Virus record (IMG/VR): IMGVR_UViG_3300000553_000009
Location: 62,316 to 126,315 of that record
Reading direction: 5' to 3' (one strand)
DNA length: 64,000 nucleotides
Source: a virus
The translations under genes were made by a program, and so were the position numbers. Below are positions 49,436-57,413 of the stretch, in pieces (position 1 is the stretch's first letter; each line of letters opens with the position of its first letter). The notes under the pieces are model-generated. The model was not told the origin of the DNA, did no database searches, and saw nothing but the letters and a program-made list of their open reading frames with translations.

Positions 49436-49969
49436 GTGACCGATAAGCAGAGATACGAAAAAATTTCCATGGATGCTAGGGGCAGTCTTAGAGACGCCTG
49501 GGGTAGATTTGCTAATAAATGGCAAGACGTTGAAGCTTATAAGACGGATATTAAAATATCTGACCGTCAAATTCAAAGAGGAGAACTTAAAAATATACTT
49601 ACAAATAATTCTTGTGAAATAATATTTGTACGTAGAAGACCTGAACGCGCTCCCAATAGACCAGAGATTAGAAGAATGTTATGCACAAATGCAATGAATA
49701 TTCTAGCATCTCAAAATGACCTAATGTCATTGGGATATCATCCTCCGAAAACCACTCGGAGAATTGACGAGATTAAGCATAATATTGTGGTGGTTTGGGA
49801 CATTATAATGAAAGATTATAGAAATGTTTCCATGGATACTTGCTACTTGAGGCAGACTATACCTGACGATGATACTTTTTGGAAATATTATAACAAAATA
49901 CTTTTCAACCTGACAATTGATCAAAAACAAAATTTTATGGATTCTGTGTTGGACATTACAGTAAAGTAA
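49436..49969 (+). CDS. Hypothetical protein (SH3-like/WYL_2-type phage domain possible)
   Basis: ELK..L......F.R.....R.M.CT...VWD...DYR.V pattern. Confidence 0.55.
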   Translation: MTDKQRYEKISMDARGSLRDAWGRFANKWQDVEAYKTDIKISDRQIQRGELKNILTNNSCEIIFVRRRPERAPNRPEIRRMLCTNAMNILASQNDLMSLGYHPPKTTRRIDEIKHNIVVVWDIIMKDYRNVSMDTCYLRQTIPDDDTFWKYYNKILFNLTIDQKQNFMDSVLDITVK

Positions 49970-49981
49970 TGTAATTATAAT

Positions 49982-50032
49982 ATGATTAGAGTAGAAGACC
50001 AGCTTAAAAATACTAAATACATGAATGAGTGA
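49982..50032 (+). pseudogene. Orphaned 5' end of the gene now starting at 50872
   Basis: MIRVEDQLKN(TKYMNE*) vs MLRLDNQLKS. Confidence 0.6.
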
Positions 50033-50885
50033 TCATTCTAAATATCCAAAAGAGGCCGGTATCTATAAATTAACTTGTTCTGATAATGGAAAAGTGTATA
50101 TAGGAAAATCAGTAAACATTCATGTTAGACTTATAAACCATAAAAGTTATGAAAACAAGTCTAAAGGGAAATGTTATTTCCAAAATGCTATAATAAAATA
50201 TGGTTGGAACGCTTTCACGGTTGAAATACTAGAAATATTCGAAAATTTTGATAAGTTAAAAGATAACGATAGTCTTCTTTCAAGAGAATCATACTATATA
50301 GAACTATTTGATTCTGCCAATGTTGACAAAGGATACAACTTATGTAAATATTCTAATGATATGACTGGTCGAAAACTTTCCGAAGAAACGAAAGAAAAAA
50401 TGAGAAAGCCTAAATCCGAGGAACATATAGCAAAAATGAGAAATCGCCCGTGTTCAAAAGAAACAAGAGATAAAATAAGACAGTCTCAGATAGGAAGACA
50501 ACACTCCGAAGAATCTAAAGAAAAAATGAGAAGGGCGAATATAGGAAAAAAATTATCTGAAGAAACTAAAGAAAAAATAGGAAAGGCTGGAAAGGGGAGA
50601 CGACACTCCAAAGAAGCTAAAGAGAAAATGAGACTAGCTAATATGGGAAAAAAACACTCCGAAGAAACCAAAGAAAAACTTCGAAATATATCCGAAGAAA
50701 AGAGAGAAGAAACAAGACAAATGGGAAAGTCAAACTTGGGCAGAAAACACTCCGATGAAACCAAGAAAAAAATAAGCGAAGCCGGAAAGAAAAACTCTGG
50801 GAAACATCACTCGGAAGAAACAAAAGAGAAAATGAGATTATCTCACCAGAAACGATGGAATATAAAAAAATATGCTACGACTTGA
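50025..50885 (+). mobile_element. Free-standing GIY-YIG/NUMOD3 homing endonuclease
   Basis: GIYKLTC...KVYIGKS, RESYYI, many HSEE repeats; TAAATA-N5-ATG. Confidence 0.9.
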
Positions 50886-51207
50886 CAACCAACTAAAAAG
50901 TTTAATATTTAAACATGTGGATTTTCAATTGGATGGGAAATCCATTAAGAAAGGAAAAATTCAAATATTCAATACTAAACAATTTTTCATAAAGTTTAAA
51001 TTAGATAATGGAGGAGATATTAAAGAATATGAGTTGCCCTATCCTTTTAAAGTCGTAAAAATTCCAAATGGATATTTGTTTGATTATTCCTTATCTGCAT
51101 TCATTCCAAGAACTGAAGAAATGTATTGGAAAATGAAATGTATGAACAAATCAGAAGCTTCCAAGCTTCATGACAGTTATCTCTACGTTTTGACACTTTC
51201 CTCTTGA
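50872..51207 (+). CDS. Hypothetical beta-rich protein
   Basis: 111 aa, overlaps the endonuclease stop by 14 nt. Confidence 0.65.
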   Translation: MLRLDNQLKSLIFKHVDFQLDGKSIKKGKIQIFNTKQFFIKFKLDNGGDIKEYELPYPFKVVKIPNGYLFDYSLSAFIPRTEEMYWKMKCMNKSEASKLHDSYLYVLTLSS

Positions 51208-51231
51208 TTTGAATCAAAATCGTGGTAAAGT
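51204..51231 (+). promoter_or_regulatory. Sigma70-type promoter with extended -10
   Basis: TTGATT-N16-TAAAGT with TG upstream of the -10; ATG 51239 follows after 7 nt. Confidence 0.55.
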
Positions 51232-51238
51232 CGAACAA

Positions 51239-52849
51239 ATGACAGGACTTTTACTCAACTTTCCCGAAGGATACGAACCAAACAATGCACAGAAAATCAT
51301 TCTCACTAAGATGGAAAAAGCCATCGGAGAGAATAAAAAATTCATAATTGTGAATGCACCAACTGGAAGTGGTAAAAGTTTACTTCCCAAAACATTGGCA
51401 AATGTTGTAAATGGTCCATCCGAAAATTTTAAAAAATGTGTAGATAACTATTCAATTTTTGGAGATGATGGCCCAGATTTAATGGAAGATGAAAATTTTG
51501 GAGTTTATGCATTGACAATAACCAAAGCATTACAAGATCAATATAAAAATACTTTTCCTGATACTGGAATCTTAAAAGGGCAAGGAAATTATCAATGTGG
51601 ATTAGATGATTCCATGACAGTTGATATTGCCCCTTGCATATATGTGAAAGGGTTAAAACAAGATTGTTGGAAATGTAATAAATGTCCATACTATAATCAT
51701 AGAAATGAAATGCTTAAGAGTACTTTTTCCTCTTTAAATTATAGTATGTTTTTTTCCCTTCCGTCTCATTTGAGAAAAAGAAAAGTTATTGTGTGTGATG
51801 AGGGATCGGAATTGGAAGATCAATTGATAAATCTTTTTACATGTGAAGTGGATTTACCATTTTTAGTAAAAACGAATACGGAAGTTTCATCATTTCCAAT
51901 GCAGGAAACAGATCAAAAAGTCTTAGCATGGGCAACTTCATTACTTAGAAGTGTTGCCGATAATGTGGAAAATTATAAAGATCTTATCAAAAATGAAAAA
52001 CGAGGAATTGATTTATCTAAAAGACGTTCCGAATATACTAAACTGACCAATCTTCAAAAATCCTTGGAGACACTGATTCATACTTATTATGATGCTCAAT
52101 ATCTTATAGAGCGTATAGATAAAAAGATAAGATTTATCCCACTTAAAATAGATAAACTTTCCAAATTCATTTTTGATTGCGCGGAACATGTGGTTATTAT
52201 GTCTGCTACCATTATTGATCCTGTCAACTTTTGTAAAAACTTAGGAATAACAGATTATGAATATATTGAAGTATCCACTGGATTTGATCCAGAGAAAGCT
52301 CCAATATATGTAATGGTAAAACAGAAATTAAATTTTGGAAATCTTAAGGATATGTTGCCCAAACTGGCAACACAAGTAGCAGGGTTATTGGAAGAACATA
52401 AAAATGAAAAGGGAATCATACACACTCACACCCAGTATATTACAGATTATATTAAAGATAATGTTCATTCGTCCAGGTTACTTTGTAGGGCGCCGGGAGT
52501 TCGCAATGAAGAGCTACTTGACATGCATGAACAAAGTCCACACGCGACAGTTTTGGTGTCTCCAAGCATGACCTACGGAGTTGACCTTCACGGTGATTTG
52601 GCAACTTTTCAAATTCTTTTAAAAGCTCCATGGTTGCCAACAAAAGAGATAAGGGTTGAAAAAATGATGAAACTTGATAAATCGTGGTACACTAATAAAA
52701 TGCTGTGTACTTTGGTTCAAGCATGCGGAAGAGGAATACGATCCCTCGATGATGAATGTATCACTTATATTTTAGATGGGTCCATTTACGATACGATAGA
52801 AGAAAACAAACAAAAACTTCCAAAATTCTTTATAGATAGATTTCAATGA
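51239..52849 (+). CDS. DinG/XPD-like SF2 helicase with Fe-S-type Cys cluster
   Basis: APTGSGKS, KALQDQY, LKGQGNYQC...C...C..C..CPY, DEGS, MSAT, GVDL, KAPW, QACGRGIRS.DD. Confidence 0.9.
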   Translation: MTGLLLNFPEGYEPNNAQKIILTKMEKAIGENKKFIIVNAPTGSGKSLLPKTLANVVNGPSENFKKCVDNYSIFGDDGPDLMEDENFGVYALTITKALQDQYKNTFPDTGILKGQGNYQCGLDDSMTVDIAPCIYVKGLKQDCWKCNKCPYYNHRNEMLKSTFSSLNYSMFFSLPSHLRKRKVIVCDEGSELEDQLINLFTCEVDLPFLVKTNTEVSSFPMQETDQKVLAWATSLLRSVADNVENYKDLIKNEKRGIDLSKRRSEYTKLTNLQKSLETLIHTYYDAQYLIERIDKKIRFIPLKIDKLSKFIFDCAEHVVIMSATIIDPVNFCKNLGITDYEYIEVSTGFDPEKAPIYVMVKQKLNFGNLKDMLPKLATQVAGLLEEHKNEKGIIHTHTQYITDYIKDNVHSSRLLCRAPGVRNEELLDMHEQSPHATVLVSPSMTYGVDLHGDLATFQILLKAPWLPTKEIRVEKMMKLDKSWYTNKMLCTLVQACGRGIRSLDDECITYILDGSIYDTIEENKQKLPKFFIDRFQ

Positions 52850-52912
52850 CACCTAAAGAGGAACTCACATTTCTCAAAAAAGCATTAAAATTTTTAAAAA
52901 AATAAAACACAA

Positions 52913-54040
52913 ATGACACAGTTAATAACACAATTACTAAAACAAATAACTTGGATTGATAGAAATATAAAAATTCCCCGTGAATATGCTATGAAACCTG
53001 ATTATCCATCAGAGTTTCAACAATATTTTGGAACTACTCCTTTCGCATCCTTAAAGTTCGATAAAATTCTCTATAGAAATAAGTTTAAAAGCTTTGTGAA
53101 GTATCTCATGGATTTGGATTTTGTGCCGGTTCAAATGGGAACGTCATCATTCAAATTAGTGAACTTTCATAGAAATATTTTAATTGTGGGAGAGATTGCG
53201 GACATCATTAAAGAAGAATCAGAGGAGGAAGAAGAGCAAGGATATGCTGTTAATAATAACGAAGAGGTATTTGTTTCTTTTTATCCAACTATGGAAAATA
53301 AAGGATTTGTCACTGAACTTATTAAAAAAGTTGATTCTAAGTTTTTAAGAGAAGAGTTGATTGTTCGTAATAAGTTTTTCATGGTGGCACAGAATCAAAG
53401 AGGTTTATATTCTCAAAGGACCACATTTAAAGCAATTCCTATTAAGGATGATAGATATGATTTATTTTACGGTAAAAAGTTTCCCCACGAAGATTTTAAA
53501 AAGTTCATAACAGATGAAACTGAACATTTAATGTTATTTTATGGAGAACCAGGCACAGGCAAGTCAAATTATCTCAAAAATCTTATAATCAATTCCAGAA
53601 AGAATGTTATATACATTCCACCGGGAATGTTAAGGGTGATTTCTTCTCCAGATTTTGTATCTTATGTGATGGAAAATAAAAATAGTATTTTGATTGTAGA
53701 AGACGCAGAAGATGTTCTTTCAATAGATAGGAACGCTGCGACAACAAATCTATTACAAATTTGCGACGGATTTTTACGCGACTGCCTCAACTTGAAGGTA
53801 CTGGCAACTTTTAACGCGCCTATAAGTAAAATTGATCCAGCTTTATTACGTAAAGGGAGATTATATATGAGTCATGAATTTGTAAAATTAACTCCCAGCG
53901 AATCTAATAAATTGGCGGATTTCTGTGGAATAAATTATAATTTTACGGAGGATTCTTCATTGGCGGAAATTTTTAATGTTAAGAAATCTACTTCTGCTCT
54001 ATCCAAACCTACTACTGCTATTGGTTTTGGAAACTTTTAA
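52913..54040 (+). CDS. AAA+ ATPase with N-terminal domain
   Basis: YGEPGTGKS, LIVEDAE, ATFN, IDPALLRKGR. Confidence 0.88.
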   Translation: MTQLITQLLKQITWIDRNIKIPREYAMKPDYPSEFQQYFGTTPFASLKFDKILYRNKFKSFVKYLMDLDFVPVQMGTSSFKLVNFHRNILIVGEIADIIKEESEEEEEQGYAVNNNEEVFVSFYPTMENKGFVTELIKKVDSKFLREELIVRNKFFMVAQNQRGLYSQRTTFKAIPIKDDRYDLFYGKKFPHEDFKKFITDETEHLMLFYGEPGTGKSNYLKNLIINSRKNVIYIPPGMLRVISSPDFVSYVMENKNSILIVEDAEDVLSIDRNAATTNLLQICDGFLRDCLNLKVLATFNAPISKIDPALLRKGRLYMSHEFVKLTPSESNKLADFCGINYNFTEDSSLAEIFNVKKSTSALSKPTTAIGFGNF

Positions 54041-55068
54041 ATTTCGTTCGATGAATCAGACTCATTTAAGAGTTTTAGTTTTAAAACACGTCTTTGTTTA
54101 TTAGAATTTCTTATTTTTTGTTTAGTTTCCTCACTATGCGGAAATCGTTTTCTATTCTTTTGAGCAATAGACATTTTTAACTTAGACTCTTCGGACATAG
54201 GGATTCCTTTTTTCAGGCTGGGTTTGCCTTTCCGAGAAATAGACATTTTCATTCTGGATTCTTCTGATACCGATTTTCCTTTTCTTGGACTGGCTTTTCC
54301 CTTATGGGCATTCGAAATTTTTAACTTAGTTTCTTCAGACATAGGAGAACGAGTTTTTCCTTTTCGAGCTAAAGACATTTTGAGTTTTGTTTCCTCTGTA
54401 TGTTTTCGCCCTCTAACGGAATCAGCTAATTTTTGGCGATGTTCAGGAGTTCTACACTTAGCTTTATCCGATAGATATTGTCTTTGCTCCGGTGTTAAAT
54501 TTAATTTTTTCCCTTTATTGATATTAGGAATTCCTTTCCGCAATCCCGCCAATCGTTGACGTTCCTCTTCTGAGCAAGATTTACCGAAATTATGGTGATT
54601 CTCTCCCGATCTGGCCAATGACATATTATTTCTAGCTTCCAATGACATTTTAGTTCCTAGTTTAAGAGAAGACATTCTTTGTTTGCACTCTTCGGTATGT
54701 TTAAATCCTTTATTAGATTCTACTCTTTTTCGTTTAGTTTCTTCGGATTGAACTATTCCAGTCGGATCTATTCCTCTGGCAGATATATTATATCCATTAG
54801 GAACTAACGAATTATATCTTACTATCATTTGTTCTTCTAAGTCTAATAAACTTTCCTTGTCAAAATCTGGAAGATAATATATTTCTAATTCAAAGTTTTC
54901 CTTTCCATATTTTTCTATGGCTTTTCTTATAATTTGCGTATTGGGTCTATTATGTTGGGCCATCCTTCTTTTCATGTTACTAGTCTCCCCGATATAGTAT
55001 TTGTCATTCACAATACATCTCATAATGTAAACTCCTGCTCGTCTCTCAAATACATCTGTTAATTTCAT
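54037..55068 (-). mobile_element. GIY-YIG/NUMOD3 endonuclease of RHH cassette 1
   Basis: GVYIM...YYIGET, LEEQMI, VPNGYN, basic SEE repeats. Confidence 0.88.
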
Positions 55069-55073
55069 AATAA

Positions 55074-55208
55074 TTATTTTAAATAGTTTTCTAATAGCCT
55101 TTTAATAACCTCAGACATGGTTATCCCAGTGTCCTTGGCGTTTTGTCTTAATTTTTCTTTCATAATTTTAGTTAGAAAGACTTCTATTTTTTCTTTATTG
55201 GTGGGCAT
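55074..55208 (-). CDS. Ribbon-helix-helix (CopG-like) protein, 44 aa, not in the ORF track
   Basis: MPTNKEKIEVFLTKIMKEKLRQNAKDTGITMSEVIKRLLENYLK; TAAATA-N5-ATG. Confidence 0.75.
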   Translation of the reverse strand: MPTNKEKIEVFLTKIMKEKLRQNAKDTGITMSEVIKRLLENYLK

Positions 55209-55284
55209 AATATTATTTAGCTTTTTTCGTCATGTTTTTTTCATGATTAAGTTTAAACTAAATACCATGGTATAAATAGGAGTA

Positions 55285-55353
55285 GTGCAGAGATATTCCT
55301 ATCACAAAGAGCAACTTCAAATGCTAACACAATTTGTGGCGGCATTTGAATAG
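55285..55353 (+). pseudogene. Orphaned 5' end of gp15 behind a TATAAATA late promoter
   Basis: GTG-QRYSYHKEQLQMLTQFVAAFE* vs gp15 MEKYAYYREQMSMLTQFSAAFDG (12/22 identical). Confidence 0.8.
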
Positions 55354-55397
55354 TTAAAAATCCTTTTTATAGTACCGCGGGATACGAATTAATTCGT

Positions 55398-56063
55398 TTA
55401 ATTCATTAATTCATTTAATTGTTGTAATAATTGAGAAAGTTTTTTTCTTTTTTGATCAATTCTTATTTTTTCTTTATGCTCTGGTGATTGCTTTCGACCT
55501 TTTAATGGACTGATCTTTCCTCTATGTGAAAGGGATTGTTTCAATCTCCATTGAGAGGATCTTGGAGGGTGTGTTCTTCCGACCTGCGACCGGGACATTT
55601 GTTCTCTGGTTTCTATAGATAATGGCCCCTTTAATTTACCCTTTTTTCTGTCGGACATTTTTTTCTTAGTTTCATCAGAAAATATTCTTTTGGGATTATC
55701 TATCCATGATTGTTTTATTTTAAAAATGGCCTCTGGAGTATGTTTATATCCAGTACTATCATTTCCCCGTTTTGATATATTATAACCGAACGGCACCAAA
55801 GAATTAAACTTTATAATTAGTTGTTCTTCTAAGTCTAATAAGTCACATTTTTTAAAATATGAAAAATATTCCACGTATACACTAAAATTATCAATCCCAT
55901 ATTTTTTAATGGCGCTATGGATTACTTGATTTCCGATAGCGTTTCGATGAGTAAAAAGTCTTTCTTTTATATCTACGCTCTCTCCAATATAGTATTTATG
56001 ATTTATATTATTCTGTATAATATAAATCCCCGGTATACGATTAAATGTATCAGTAAGTTTCAT
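55398..56063 (-). mobile_element. GIY-YIG/NUMOD3 endonuclease of RHH cassette 2
   Basis: GIYII...YYIGES, LEEQLI, VPFGYN; same MKLTD.F.R start as cassette 1. Confidence 0.88.
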
Positions 56064-56205
56064 GTTGTGTTTTGAAATATTGTTCTAATGCACGCTTAAT
56101 GACCTCTCCCATAGTTATACCCAACTGATTAGCATTATCTTTGATCTTTGTTTTAGAATCTTCGGATATAAATACTTCTATTTTTTTCTTTTTCATTTTT
56201 TCCAT
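56050..56205 (-). CDS. Ribbon-helix-helix (CopG-like) protein, 51 aa
   Basis: Start reassigned to 56205: MEKMKKKKIEVFISEDSKTKIKDNANQLGITMGEVIKRALEQYFKTQHETY; TAAATA (56211-56216)-N5-ATG. Confidence 0.75.
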   Translation of the reverse strand: MEKMKKKKIEVFISEDSKTKIKDNANQLGITMGEVIKRALEQYFKTQHETY

Positions 56206-56218
56206 ATAAGTATTTAGC

Positions 56219-56261
56219 ATTTTTCCAGATTTTTTCCAGATTTTTTCCAGATTTTTTCCAG
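56219..56261 (-). repeat. Four tandem 11-bp direct repeats (CTGGAAAAAAT)
   Basis: Three exact copies plus one with one fewer A, abutting the RHH late promoter. Confidence 0.9.
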
Positions 56262-56301
56262 TAATAATTATATTTAGTATCAACATACTAAATATTTTCA
56301 C

Positions 56302-57378
56302 ATGGAAAAATACGCATATTATAGAGAACAGATGAGTATGCTTACTCAATTTTCAGCGGCTTTCGATGGAGCTTTTCTTTATAGATATTCACTTGATGGG
56401 ACTCCACAGGAAAAAATATCTGTCCGATATGTAATGGGGCCAAAACAAAGAGTATTATATGATATTGTAAGTCAAGCTAAAAATATAACTCTTCCCGTAA
56501 TTGCCATGGAACAGACAAATATTAGAAGAGATTCTTCTCGTATTCAGTTTAAGGACCAAAAGATTACGCGACCTAATATGTCCAATCGGAACATATCAAA
56601 GGTTCCATCGCCCGTTCCAGTTATGTGCGACTTGAATGTTTCCTTCATCGCCAATTATAAGGAAGACGTAGATCAAATAGTATCCAACTTTATACCCTGG
56701 TGTAATCCATATTTTATAATTTCATGGAAAGTTCCGCCTGATTTTGGAATGGATTTCATTGATGAACTGAGAACAGAAGTGTCTTGGTCAGGTACGGTGG
56801 ATTATGAAAATCCAGTAAATATTGCCGCGCAAGACAAATATAAAATAGTTGGAAATACATCATTTACTATTAAAGGATGGATATTTCCTGCATTAGAGAC
56901 TCCTCAAGCTCCAATTTATGTAATAAATTCAAATTTTATATCTGTATCATCTGGAAGTCTTTTTAGTTATAATACTTGGGAAACATTATCATCATATGAT
57001 TCTACTGATACCATTTTAATTTCGGCATATCCGGAGATAACTAATTCTTTCTATAATGGAAAACCATATTATGATAATCCTACAATATCTACCAATAATG
57101 ATAGCAACTTTACATATTATGGTAAACGATTCGGATTTAATAATTCTTGGTATCTTTCTGGTAATTATGTCGCTCCTTTGATACTGGAGGAAATAGATAC
57201 ATTCAAATTTCCCACTATTTCCGCATATAGACTTCCAGATAGTTTTATAACAACGGTCAATGACAACATTGCGGTCATTTCTTTAAGTTCCAGATATCTC
57301 TCTGCGGGGTCGTTTACAATTGTAACATCTAATTCCGCTGGTTGGGTATCATCTCCAAATGTAATAACTATTATATAA
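56302..57378 (+). CDS. gp15: Tail terminator / sheath stabilizer (gp15-like) with C-terminal extension
   Basis: V.Y.MGPKQR, LPVIA, R.SSR, PVP...LNV......DQIVSNFIPW.NPY, FTIKGWIFP. Confidence 0.85.
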   Translation: MEKYAYYREQMSMLTQFSAAFDGAFLYRYSLDGTPQEKISVRYVMGPKQRVLYDIVSQAKNITLPVIAMEQTNIRRDSSRIQFKDQKITRPNMSNRNISKVPSPVPVMCDLNVSFIANYKEDVDQIVSNFIPWCNPYFIISWKVPPDFGMDFIDELRTEVSWSGTVDYENPVNIAAQDKYKIVGNTSFTIKGWIFPALETPQAPIYVINSNFISVSSGSLFSYNTWETLSSYDSTDTILISAYPEITNSFYNGKPYYDNPTISTNNDSNFTYYGKRFGFNNSWYLSGNYVAPLILEEIDTFKFPTISAYRLPDSFITTVNDNIAVISLSSRYLSAGSFTIVTSNSAGWVSSPNVITII

Positions 57379-57413
57379 TGCTTGATATTTAGTCAAATCG
57401 CTTAAATAACGAT

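Noticed and set aside
56219-56261. CRISPR-like array
   Set aside because: Repeats are 11 bp and contiguous, with no spacers.
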